Positions 1-8,764 of a stretch of 24,605 nt of DNA are shown one piece after another. The first letter of the stretch is position 1; each line of letters starts with the position of its first letter. This DNA comes from a virus (lineage: Duplodnaviria > Caudoviricetes). Location of the stretch: the IMG/VR virus record IMGVR_UViG_3300047546_001348, positions 1 through 24,605 of that record; one strand, 5' to 3'. The position numbers and the translations under genes are program-made. The notes beneath the pieces were generated by a model that saw only the letters and a program-made list of their open reading frames with translations, made no database searches and was not told the DNA's origin.

Positions 1-80
1 GGAAACTTAGCTTATGTAATAATAGAGAAGCACAACGACAAAGCCTTAGCAAGGCTCTTAGACCTAAGGCAGATTTATAA
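1..80 (+). CDS. 3' end of upstream gene (partial), possibly a neck/head-completion protein
   Basis: Frame 3 is open from the window edge (KLSLCNNREAQRQSLSKALRPKADL*). Its TAA (78-80) overlaps the ATG at 80 (TAATG). The product is guessed only from its position before a gp15-like gene. Confidence 0.5.
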   Translation, partial: KLSLCNNREAQRQSLSKALRPKADL

Positions 81-1570
81 TGCAGCATTTTTATGACGGA
101 CAAATTAGACGATATATCACACAAACAATTCGTGTGTTAAGTAATTTTACTGTGCGTTACGGAGATGGTACACTTGTACGTGTTCCAGTAATGTATGGAG
201 ATGCTGATAGACAAGCTGCTTCAATAATTCGTCAAAACAGCGAAAACAAAATTAATAGTGTTCCTCGCATGAGTGTTTACATAAGCGGATTAGAACTAGA
301 TAGAAATAGATTAGGCGATCCTAGTTATGTTGGCAAGGTGCATGTTCGAGAACGAGAAATTAATGACAGCGATCCTGCAAATCCTGTTTACACTACTGGT
401 CAAGGTCGCAATTATACTGTTGAAAGATTAATGCCAACACCTTTTAAATTAAGTTTAAAATGTGATGTATGGACGGCTAACACTGAACAAAAATTACAGT
501 TATTAGAACAAATACTTGTATTGTTCAATCCTAGTTTAGAACTACAAACAACAGACAATTATATCGACTGGACCAGTTTGACTGTATTAAATTTAGGCCA
601 GGTAAATTGGACAAGTCGTACTGTTCCAATTGGCAACGATACTCCTATTGATATTGCTAGTCTAAATTTTGACACTCCTATATGGATTAGTCCCCCAGTT
701 AAGGTTAAACACCTTGGTGTTATTACAAAAATTATTACTAGTATACATCAAGGATCTGCAATTGATAAGAATACTTATATTGACGGACTTGGACAACCGT
801 TAGCAGGTCCAGAAATAACTATGGGCCAGCTACTAACACGCGATGTTGTTACAATTACAGATTATAACATTCAGGTTTACAACAACCAAGCTATACTACT
901 CAACAAATCTGAAAGCAGCATACCAAGAGAACCTACGCTAGACATTCCCGTGCGTCAAGGAACTCCAATCGAATGGCAAACAGTATTTGACAAGTATCCT
1001 GGGAAATACACGGCAGGATCGAGTTCTCTTTACTTGACACAATCCAACGGAACTGAGATTGTAGGAACTGTAGCAATCAGTCCATTAGATCCTACAATAC
1101 TAACAGTTTCTTGGGATTCTGATACTTTAAACACAAACACTAGCATTGACAGTAACGGTAACTTAGACACTGATCCTGATTATGATGCAGCTGGAAGTAA
1201 TCGTCCAAACAGTCCTGGAACTTTTGATGCTATTATTGATCCTCAAAAAGTTTATCCTGGACACGGTATGCAAAATGTAACTGTTGGAGACAGATTCTTA
1301 ATTGTTGAAGATATTGGACACGTTGATAATCAAGATGGTCCAGATGCATGGAAATCTAGCGGTGGAGCAGATTTTGTTGCCCGTGCAAATGACATTATTG
1401 AATGGACTGGAACACAGTGGAATGTAATTTTTAACAGCAGTCAAGAATCTGATACCCTTATATATCAAACGAATATATACACTGGAGTACAATATGTGTG
1501 GAACGGTGTATATTGGACCAAATCGTTCGAAGGTGAGTATAGGGCAGGTTCATGGAGACTAGAGTTGTAA
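80..1570 (+). CDS. T4 gp15-like tail sheath stabiliser/tail completion protein with C-terminal extension
   Basis: The N-terminus FYDGQIRRY..SNF..RVPVMYG..PRMS, then P.PF.L...D.W...EQ..Q.LEQIL..FNP, matches my recollection of the T4 gp15 family pattern. At 496 aa it is much longer than T4 gp15. Confidence 0.8.
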   Translation: MQHFYDGQIRRYITQTIRVLSNFTVRYGDGTLVRVPVMYGDADRQAASIIRQNSENKINSVPRMSVYISGLELDRNRLGDPSYVGKVHVREREINDSDPANPVYTTGQGRNYTVERLMPTPFKLSLKCDVWTANTEQKLQLLEQILVLFNPSLELQTTDNYIDWTSLTVLNLGQVNWTSRTVPIGNDTPIDIASLNFDTPIWISPPVKVKHLGVITKIITSIHQGSAIDKNTYIDGLGQPLAGPEITMGQLLTRDVVTITDYNIQVYNNQAILLNKSESSIPREPTLDIPVRQGTPIEWQTVFDKYPGKYTAGSSSLYLTQSNGTEIVGTVAISPLDPTILTVSWDSDTLNTNTSIDSNGNLDTDPDYDAAGSNRPNSPGTFDAIIDPQKVYPGHGMQNVTVGDRFLIVEDIGHVDNQDGPDAWKSSGGADFVARANDIIEWTGTQWNVIFNSSQESDTLIYQTNIYTGVQYVWNGVYWTKSFEGEYRAGSWRLEL

Positions 1571-2001
1571 CAGATCGTATAGTTTGTAGCGGAGCATTAT
1601 TCTACGCTAAATCTACACGAAGAATTTTATTGTTACAAAAAGCCAACGGCAAACATCAAGGAACTTGGGGACTGGTAGGCGGAACAAACCTACAAAAAGA
1701 AAACCCTTGGCAAGGACTACAACGCGAAGTCCAAGAAGAAATTGGTTCTTTTCCAGAAATCATCAAAACTATACCTTTAGAAACATTTGTTTCAAACGAC
1801 AAAGTCTTTAATTTCCACACTTATCTTTGCGTTACAAACAACGAATTTGTACCGATACTCAGTGAAGAACATAGTGCGTGGGCATGGATTAATATAGATA
1901 CTCCGCCTAAGCCGTTGCATCAAGGTTTAAGAAATAGTTTTAGCAACAAAACAATTAGAACAAAATTACAAACAATCTTTGATTTAGTGGAGTTAATATA
2001 A
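1552..2001 (+). CDS. Nudix hydrolase
   Basis: Nudix box G-x5-E-x7-REVQEEIG (GTNLQKENPWQGLQREVQEEIG), preceded by WGLVGG and followed by EH..WAW. Confidence 0.92.
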   Translation: METRVVTDRIVCSGALFYAKSTRRILLLQKANGKHQGTWGLVGGTNLQKENPWQGLQREVQEEIGSFPEIIKTIPLETFVSNDKVFNFHTYLCVTNNEFVPILSEEHSAWAWINIDTPPKPLHQGLRNSFSNKTIRTKLQTIFDLVELI

Positions 2002-2582
2002 TGTATTCGATGATTCAAGAACAATCGCCGAATGAGCCGTATGCGTGGGCAACTAATATTTTTAGTCCTGAAGAAATTGATCTTATCTTAGATCTTGGAA
2101 AATCTTTACCTCAAGAAGAAGGTGGTGTTAATAATACAGGTGTTGCAAAATTAGAAACACGCAGAAGTAAAATTTCTTGGATTTGTCCTGCCCTAAATAC
2201 TGAGTTTATTTTTCATAGAATTTCTACTGCTATTCAAAAAATCAATAGAGATTTTTATAATTTTGAATTAACAACAATGGAAGATATTCAATTTAGCGAG
2301 TATGATGCCAGTTATCAGGGCATGTATCGCAATCACACTGATGACGGCTTCGAAGAGTTTAGAAGAAAAATTAGTTTTAGTTTGCAATTATCTGATCCAG
2401 AAGACTATGACGGCGGCGACTTGTTGATATATCGATTTAAATTAGACAATCCTTTTGAAGTAAAACGAGAAAAGGGACTGTTATCTATATTTCCAAGCTG
2501 GACTATACACGAAGTTACGCCAGTGACTCGTGGAACTAGATATACTTTAGTAGGATGGTGTCATGGACCGCAATTTAGATGA
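2001..2582 (+). CDS. 2OG-Fe(II) oxygenase, prolyl-4-hydroxylase/PKHD-like
   Basis: HTD ... RKISFSLQLS..DYDGGDL ... FPSWTIHEVTPVTRGTRYTLVGW gives the HxD..H triad plus the 2OG-binding Arg. Confidence 0.92.
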   Translation: MYSMIQEQSPNEPYAWATNIFSPEEIDLILDLGKSLPQEEGGVNNTGVAKLETRRSKISWICPALNTEFIFHRISTAIQKINRDFYNFELTTMEDIQFSEYDASYQGMYRNHTDDGFEEFRRKISFSLQLSDPEDYDGGDLLIYRFKLDNPFEVKREKGLLSIFPSWTIHEVTPVTRGTRYTLVGWCHGPQFR

Positions 2583-3132
2583 TATAAGATTTATTACACT
2601 TTGGCCAACACATTTAATGATGACAACCTTGTTGGCCGATCCAAGCAATATGATACAAGAAGTTTATAAACTTGCCAGTAGCCCTAACACTATAAAAAAA
2701 TCAAACTATGGCGGTTGGCAAAGTGAAACCAACTTATATGAAAATGAAATTTTCAACCCCATATGCAGTCATGTTGCAGATTTATGCACTAGAGTTTTTG
2801 ATGTAAAAGGTACTAAGTTTCATCAAATGTGGGCTTGTATTAATAAGAAACATGATCAAAATTTAATTCATTCTCACAGTAATGCATTTAATTTATCTGG
2901 AGTATGTTATCTTAAAGTTCCACAAGATTCAGGTAGCATAGTTTTTAGAGATCCTCGTCCAGGATCTGTTCATGCGCCCGATAGAATTTTTAACTACGGT
3001 GATAGTGAATACTTTGTTCCTTTTGATAATATGATTATTTTGTTTCCTTCGTATCTTGAACATTTTGTATTGCCTAATAGAAATGACGAGGATCGCATAT
3101 CAATAAGTTTTGATATAACATTGGAAAGATAA
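2563..3132 (+). CDS. Putative 2OG-Fe(II) oxygenase, TIGR02466/2OG-FeII_Oxy_5-like (HxH)
   Basis: GGWQS, WACIN, HSH, LSGVCYL, G.IVFRDPR, LFPSYLEH.V, RISISF. Confidence 0.88.
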   Translation: MDRNLDDIRFITLWPTHLMMTTLLADPSNMIQEVYKLASSPNTIKKSNYGGWQSETNLYENEIFNPICSHVADLCTRVFDVKGTKFHQMWACINKKHDQNLIHSHSNAFNLSGVCYLKVPQDSGSIVFRDPRPGSVHAPDRIFNYGDSEYFVPFDNMIILFPSYLEHFVLPNRNDEDRISISFDITLER

Positions 3133-3776
3133 TGTACCTAACAAATAAAGTTATTATTGTTGAAAATTTTTATAAAGATCCTGACATGGTTAGAAATCTT
3201 GCCTTAAATCAAGAATTTTTACCTGAAAGTCATCCTGAAAGATTTGGTAACTGGCCTGGACGTCGATCAAAATTTATCAACGATATCAATCCTCGACTTT
3301 GCGAAGAATTTAGAGACAGTTTAATGCACAGCTTACTTGAAGGTGTGCCCACAAATTATAATTGTTATTTTGAAACTAATTTTCAATTATGTTATGAAAC
3401 TGACGGTGATTCCTGGATACACTACGACTTCGATCCTAAAGATTGGGAAATCACGCATGTTGGAGTAGTGTATCTTAATCCAAATCCTCCACCTAATTCT
3501 GGTACTTTAATATATGATTTTAACAAAGAGTATGAACAAGAATTTTTAGAATATTCAGAAAAACATAATCATATATGGAGGAAACTAAACAGAGATCAAG
3601 ACAGTAAAGAATTTAATCGTTGGTGGACTTTGAATTTATCTGTTGAAAACAAGTATAATAGAGCTGTATTGTATTCACCTTCTGTATGGCATAAATCTGA
3701 TCGTTACTTTGGTAATGATAAAGATTCAGGGCGTCTAATACAGCCATTTTTTTGTAATATAAAGTATTCGTCATGA
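3132..3776 (+). CDS. Putative 2OG-Fe(II) oxygenase (DUF6445-like)
   Basis: IIVENFYKDPD.VR, PG.RS, WIHYD, GVVYLNP, GT, N.YNRAVLY...H, RL.Q.FF give HxD..H..R. Confidence 0.8.
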   Translation: MYLTNKVIIVENFYKDPDMVRNLALNQEFLPESHPERFGNWPGRRSKFINDINPRLCEEFRDSLMHSLLEGVPTNYNCYFETNFQLCYETDGDSWIHYDFDPKDWEITHVGVVYLNPNPPPNSGTLIYDFNKEYEQEFLEYSEKHNHIWRKLNRDQDSKEFNRWWTLNLSVENKYNRAVLYSPSVWHKSDRYFGNDKDSGRLIQPFFCNIKYSS

Positions 3777-4414
3777 AAAAATTAGCAATATTTGGAGATA
3801 GTTTTTCAGAACCAACATGGGCTAAAAATGAAAAATATCTTGCATGGCCGGAACTTCTAACTGCTAATTTTAAAATTACAAATTATTCATTAAGCGGATC
3901 TAGTTTATGGTGGTCTTATAAACAGTGGAAGAAAGACCACCATACAAACGATTATAACATATTTGTAATAACAATACCGGGAAGAATTTATGTTGAGTCG
4001 TTGGATCGACACTTAAATGTTAATCCTACAACATGGCCAAGATGGTTTGGAATTAATTTTGGCGAATTGTGGTTTAAGTATTTCTATTCTGAAGAAAGAG
4101 AAAATGCATTTCATAATTTTATGTTAGAAGACATCCTAAAATCTAGTAATACACTTGTAATACCAGCATTTCTTGAAAGTATGCCTGGAATTAATTCCGT
4201 TTCGCTGTGTCATCTTGCCGATTTAGAAATGTATCACTACGGCCTAACTCATGCGGGTAATAACGAAAGAAGAAAATGTCATTTGACAAAGGAAAATAAT
4301 TTAGTTGTATATGAAAAAATTTTAAATGCATTCGATCAAAAAGAAAAAATTTTAAAATTGTATCAAACTGATTTCAAAGTTCCTCAAGACGACTTGTCTT
4401 ATTATTGGTATTAA
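3773..4414 (+). CDS. SGNH/GDSL-like hydrolase or acyltransferase
   Basis: N-terminal IFGDSF (block I Ser), N.S.SGSS (block II Gly) and a C-terminal CHL...N His motif. Confidence 0.65.
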   Translation: MKKLAIFGDSFSEPTWAKNEKYLAWPELLTANFKITNYSLSGSSLWWSYKQWKKDHHTNDYNIFVITIPGRIYVESLDRHLNVNPTTWPRWFGINFGELWFKYFYSEERENAFHNFMLEDILKSSNTLVIPAFLESMPGINSVSLCHLADLEMYHYGLTHAGNNERRKCHLTKENNLVVYEKILNAFDQKEKILKLYQTDFKVPQDDLSYYWY

Positions 4415-4415
4415 T

Positions 4416-4988
4416 ATGAAAGATTTTGTTGTTATTAAAGAATTTGTTGATAAAGATCGTTGTTACACAATGGCTAATAAACTTGACAATCTTTATAAAG
4501 AAAACTTATCGTTACCACCAGATAATCAATGTATTATTAGCCCAGCGTTTTATGGAATTTTTAATGACGAGGCTTTAGAATTTTTACCTGCAATTGAAAA
4601 AATAACAGGAAAGAAACTGTTTCCAACCTATACCTACGCTAGAATATATCAAAGAAATGAAGTGTTGTTACCACATACTGACAGAGAAGAATGTGAGTTT
4701 AGTTTTACGTTAACTTTAAAATATGACACTGATGTATGGCCATTTTTTATACAAACTAAAGATGCCACAACAGAAGAAATCTTATGCGAAGGCGATATAT
4801 TAGTTTACAAAGGAATAGAAAATTTACACTGGAGAATGCCATTAAAAACTAATTTTCAATACCAGGCATTTTTTCATTATGTTGATCAGCAAGGTAATTA
4901 TGCAAATAAAAGATACGATGGCAGAGCAGAGTTTGCTACTAGTAATCAATCAATTGAAGAATTAAAAAGGAAGAAACATGTATTATAA
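4416..4988 (+). CDS. 2OG-Fe(II) oxygenase (phage type)
   Basis: LFPTYTYARIY..L.PHTDR.ECE.S.TL, WP, GD.LVYKG...HWR, QAFFHYVD give HxD..H. Confidence 0.82.
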   Translation: MKDFVVIKEFVDKDRCYTMANKLDNLYKENLSLPPDNQCIISPAFYGIFNDEALEFLPAIEKITGKKLFPTYTYARIYQRNEVLLPHTDREECEFSFTLTLKYDTDVWPFFIQTKDATTEEILCEGDILVYKGIENLHWRMPLKTNFQYQAFFHYVDQQGNYANKRYDGRAEFATSNQSIEELKRKKHVL

Positions 4989-5577
4989 CGATGAATACAA
5001 ATATTTGGTAGTCAATATTCCAAGTGTAGCTGCAAATGTAGAAAACATGAAAAGAATTACACAAATAGGTGTAGAAAAGTTTAAAAGAAAATTTAATCAA
5101 ATAAATCACAACGTTAAAAACGACAATATCACATGGCAATTTACAAACTATAATGTTTACGGGCTATGTTGTTGTAATGAATGGTTTTATGACATGTATG
5201 TTGCACAAATAAATGCTATACGTGAGTATTTTAAACTAACTAATACTCCAACACCTCGTCAGTTATGGTTACAATCTTGGATAAACAGTCATACTCCAAA
5301 TCAAGTACTTAAATCTCATAACCACGATTGGCCTTGGCATGGTTATATCAGCATAGATCCAAAAAATACCTATACTGTATTCACAGACAAACCAAACGGT
5401 ACTGAACTTTATAGAATAAAAAACGAGCCTGGTAACATTTATATTGGGCCTGGTTACAGATTTCATCATATAGAAATTGTAGAGCCGTTTGAAGGTGAGC
5501 GAGTTACTTTTGGGTTCGATTTAGAATGCACTGACAGGATTATGGATAACATGGGTTTTGTTCCAGTAATACTCTAA
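4978..5577 (+). CDS. Putative 2OG-Fe(II)/cupin oxygenase (HxH)
   Basis: QSWIN..L.SHNH..HGYISI..T.F..G.IYI.PG..HH..ERVTFGFD has the same layout as TIGR02466-like proteins. Confidence 0.7.
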   Translation: MYYNDEYKYLVVNIPSVAANVENMKRITQIGVEKFKRKFNQINHNVKNDNITWQFTNYNVYGLCCCNEWFYDMYVAQINAIREYFKLTNTPTPRQLWLQSWINSHTPNQVLKSHNHDWPWHGYISIDPKNTYTVFTDKPNGTELYRIKNEPGNIYIGPGYRFHHIEIVEPFEGERVTFGFDLECTDRIMDNMGFVPVIL

Positions 5578-5594
5578 ACACTAAAAAAACAAGT

Positions 5595-5614
5595 TAAATA
5601 CTACCTTAACGGAG
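5595..5614 (+). promoter_or_regulatory. Candidate T4-like late promoter core (TAAATA) and Shine-Dalgarno (GGAG)
   Basis: This is the only real intergenic gap in the plus block (5578-5619). TAAATA at 5595-5600 is a partial match to T4 late TATAAATA; GGAG at 5611-5614 lies 5 nt before ATG 5620. Confidence 0.5.
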
Positions 5615-5619
5615 CACAT

Positions 5620-6246
5620 ATGGATAAAAAATTAGAGATTTTTTGTGTTGAAAATGCAGCAACACCTGATGTTTTTGCAAACTTGTCATCTGACTTAGAT
5701 AAAGATATTTGGAGATTTGGGGTCGCTGAGCCAACGTATGCATGGGAAGTCGAAGACCCAAAGCCAAAATGGTGGTGCGATTTAGTAAAAAATCGGTGGC
5801 ACGAAACACTAGTAACAAACATTATTGATAGGCTAGAACAAATTGATCCAAACGTAAAAAATTACGTTTTTAAATTATTAAATTGTCAGGGCGGTGGCCG
5901 TACTCATGGACTAGACGGAAGCATACATATTGACAACGATTTTCAATTTACAGAAGAAGGTTACGGATTTATGACATTCTGTTATTTTCCGCACAAAGAA
6001 TGGGATGCAGAATGGGGTGGAGAAATTCAATTTTTTAACGAAAAGGGCGAGATAATCGCTGCATATCACCCAATGCCTAATACTGCTATTGCATTTGATA
6101 GCAATATTCCGCATCGAGGATTAGCACCAACAAAAGAATGTCCGCATTTAAGAAAATTTGTTACTATGAAGTTACAAGTCGACAAAGCATGGGGAACAAG
6201 TTCTGTTAATTTTTCAGAAATTAAAAAATTAGACAACAATGAGTAA
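5620..6246 (+). CDS. 2OG-Fe(II) oxygenase (2OG-FeII_Oxy_3/prolyl-hydroxylase-like)
   Basis: G.IHID, T..YF...W..EWGGE..F, P.PN....FDS.IPHRG..P, R. Confidence 0.88.
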   Translation: MDKKLEIFCVENAATPDVFANLSSDLDKDIWRFGVAEPTYAWEVEDPKPKWWCDLVKNRWHETLVTNIIDRLEQIDPNVKNYVFKLLNCQGGGRTHGLDGSIHIDNDFQFTEEGYGFMTFCYFPHKEWDAEWGGEIQFFNEKGEIIAAYHPMPNTAIAFDSNIPHRGLAPTKECPHLRKFVTMKLQVDKAWGTSSVNFSEIKKLDNNE

Positions 6247-6541
6247 AATTACACTAGCTCAGTTTCAAAATCAACTGGTAAGGACAGACAATGTTCCGTC
6301 TGTTGAAGGAGCAAAAGTTCCTCGCACAATAAGGCCGTTGAAAAAAACGCCAATAAAACCGCTCAATGAACGAATTCTTTTAGTTGATCCTGCCGTAGGA
6401 GAAGAAAGAATGAACATTTGTAAAAGTTGCGAGTCATTTGAAGACTGGGGTTGTAAAGTTACAAATAACTTTTTACCTAAGACTACAAGACAAAAAGGAA
6501 TGCATTGTCCTAAAGGTTATTGGGCATCAAAATGGGATTAA
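6239..6541 (+). CDS. Small Cys-containing protein, possible metal-binding (DUF6171-like)
   Basis: ERMNICKSC...GC...CPKGYW has 4 Cys. The gene overlaps the upstream gene by 8 nt and ends 1 nt before the next start. Confidence 0.55.
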   Translation: MSKITLAQFQNQLVRTDNVPSVEGAKVPRTIRPLKKTPIKPLNERILLVDPAVGEERMNICKSCESFEDWGCKVTNNFLPKTTRQKGMHCPKGYWASKWD

Positions 6542-6542
6542 T

Positions 6543-7304
6543 ATGTCAGTTATAAAAATTGGATACGTGCCGTGGTTTGAAAAATCTCCTTACACTGATC
6601 AAGGATCTGTGAACTACTATGGTTGGAATGAAGTTGTAAATTTTGAGTTAGAAAAAATCGACACGTGGAAAAATTCATCTGCTGGATTTATGAAATGTCC
6701 TGCATTTGTAAAATATGTAGATCAAACATGGGTAATTAAGTCTCCTATTGACTTAGATATACGTTGGGATGATACTAACAAAGTTCTACATAGCAATCTT
6801 CCTGAAATGGCGCATAATGCTATGATAAGAACGCACTGGGGAGACTTTGATGTTGAAAAAGACAGGCCGATTGTTGCTATTAATAGTTCATATTTGTTTG
6901 TAGCAGACGATGATGTTTGGATTGATTTTTTACCTCCTTTTAATAGTATTGACCCTGGATGGCGTTTAATGCCTGCAAGTTTTAATATTAACACATGGCA
7001 ACGTCCAGTAGTTCCAACATTTGAATTGTTAGCAAATGAAATTAATATAAAACGAGGGCAACCTCTTGCTTATATAAAATTTAGAAGTAAAAATCCACAA
7101 GACTTGTTTAAACCAATTAAACAAGAAAGAACAGAAGAATTAGAACATTTAGCAAATTCATGCGTTACTATTAAAACATATCAACCTAATCTAAGTTGGC
7201 AAGTTGTTGCTGGAAATATTCCAAATAATCAACGCAAAGGTAAAAAATTAGTAAAAACAGAACCGTGGATTTGTAAATTTTTTAGATTTATACTAAGAAA
7301 ATGA
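6543..7304 (+). CDS. Conserved phage protein with CPA motif (DUF6065-like, possibly dUTPase-like beta fold)
   Basis: Start reassigned from 6438 to ATG 6543 (TAA-T-ATG after the previous gene). Motifs KCPAF..WVIKSP.D and IKRGQPLAYI.F resemble 13967-14710. Confidence 0.6.
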   Translation: MSVIKIGYVPWFEKSPYTDQGSVNYYGWNEVVNFELEKIDTWKNSSAGFMKCPAFVKYVDQTWVIKSPIDLDIRWDDTNKVLHSNLPEMAHNAMIRTHWGDFDVEKDRPIVAINSSYLFVADDDVWIDFLPPFNSIDPGWRLMPASFNINTWQRPVVPTFELLANEINIKRGQPLAYIKFRSKNPQDLFKPIKQERTEELEHLANSCVTIKTYQPNLSWQVVAGNIPNNQRKGKKLVKTEPWICKFFRFILRK

Positions 7305-8764
7305 TCAAGTCAGTTTGTATTTTAGGCGGCGGTACTGCTGGACTTATAACCTCAATGATTTTAAAAAAGTGGTACCCTAATATTGATGTAACAGTCATAG
7401 CAAGTTCTAATATAGGTATTGTTGGTGTTGGCGAAGGAAGTACTGAACACTGGTCTACATTCATGCGAGCTGTTGATATTAAGCTCAAGGATCTTATAAC
7501 AGAAACTGGTGCTACTTTTAAAACAGGAATTAAATTTGAAAATTGGAATGGTGATGGAAAATTTTATATGCATTCGTTACATGCCAATTACACTGAACCT
7601 ATTCCGTCAGGTGTGCCTGCTATTATGATTCAGTTAATGGTAGATAAGGCAGAACATTTAACACCAGATAGCATATTAAAATCAATACATTTTCATCCAC
7701 TAACATCTACTGTTAATCAATATCATTTTGACACATATAAACTCAATAACTTCTTTCATAAGAAAGCTGTTGGGATGGGTATTAAATTTGTTGATGACGA
7801 TATTTTAGATGTTGTTTTAGATCAACAAGGCAATGTTGAGTCTTTAATTTCTGCTGGAAACAAATATACTGCTGACTTTTTTGTAGATTCTAGCGGATTC
7901 AAACGAATTATTGCATCTAAGTTAGGAGGCAAATGGAAAGATTGTAAAGACTATTTGCCTATGAATAGAGCCTTTGCTTTTCCAACACCTGGAGAACAAA
8001 AAATTCCATCTCATACTTTAAGTAGAGCGTTGTCTAGCGGATGGATGTGGAGAATTCCTACACAAGAACGTTATGGGAATGGTTACGTGTTTTCAGATAA
8101 TTTTTTAAACGATGATCAAGCATTTGCAGAAATACAACAATACTATCCACATGAAGTAGAGGTAAAGAAGAGTTTTAAATTTTCAGCTGGATATCTTGAA
8201 AATCCGTGGATTAAAAATTGTGCCAGCATCGGTCTTTCTGCATCGTTTGTAGAACCACTAGAAGCAAGTAGTATAGGCACATCAATACAGCAGGCATTTG
8301 GATTAAGTGCAGCTCTACTAAATTGGATTCCTGGCGACAATGCTACCGCTGAAAAATATAATAATCAGTTTAGCAAAGTATCTCAAAATATCATTGATTT
8401 TGTGCAAATTCATTATTTCACTAAACGTAATGATTCTGCGTTTTGGAAAAGTTGTAAACACGATATAAAGTTAACGGATTTTAATAAAGAAACGTTAGAG
8501 TATTTTAAAAATGTCATTCCTCTCCGTTCTCATTTTGCAGAACCTTTTATTTTATTCACAGAACAAAATTGGCTTCAGATTATGTATGGGCTTGATTTGT
8601 TCAACATGGCATCTATAACCAATATTTGGATGGGACAAGATCAAGGTCTTATAGATGAAGCTCGTAAAAAAATCTCCAATGTTCGTTTATATCAAGATGC
8701 TGAAAAAGCGTTTAATCACAGAGCAGCACTTGACTATATAATGTCTGATAAATTTAATGAATAA
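7301..8764 (+). CDS. Tryptophan-halogenase-family flavoprotein 1
   Basis: GGGTAG, GVGEGS, ATFKTGIKF.NW (PrnA K79-equivalent Lys), HFD, DSSGF, WMWRIP, GNGYVF, FVEPLEASSI. Confidence 0.93.
   Translation: MIKSVCILGGGTAGLITSMILKKWYPNIDVTVIASSNIGIVGVGEGSTEHWSTFMRAVDIKLKDLITETGATFKTGIKFENWNGDGKFYMHSLHANYTEPIPSGVPAIMIQLMVDKAEHLTPDSILKSIHFHPLTSTVNQYHFDTYKLNNFFHKKAVGMGIKFVDDDILDVVLDQQGNVESLISAGNKYTADFFVDSSGFKRIIASKLGGKWKDCKDYLPMNRAFAFPTPGEQKIPSHTLSRALSSGWMWRIPTQERYGNGYVFSDNFLNDDQAFAEIQQYYPHEVEVKKSFKFSAGYLENPWIKNCASIGLSASFVEPLEASSIGTSIQQAFGLSAALLNWIPGDNATAEKYNNQFSKVSQNIIDFVQIHYFTKRNDSAFWKSCKHDIKLTDFNKETLEYFKNVIPLRSHFAEPFILFTEQNWLQIMYGLDLFNMASITNIWMGQDQGLIDEARKKISNVRLYQDAEKAFNHRAALDYIMSDKFNE

Noticed and set aside
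6438-6542. Track start at 6438
   Set aside because: It would overlap the Cys protein by about 100 nt. ATG 6543 fits the coupling pattern.
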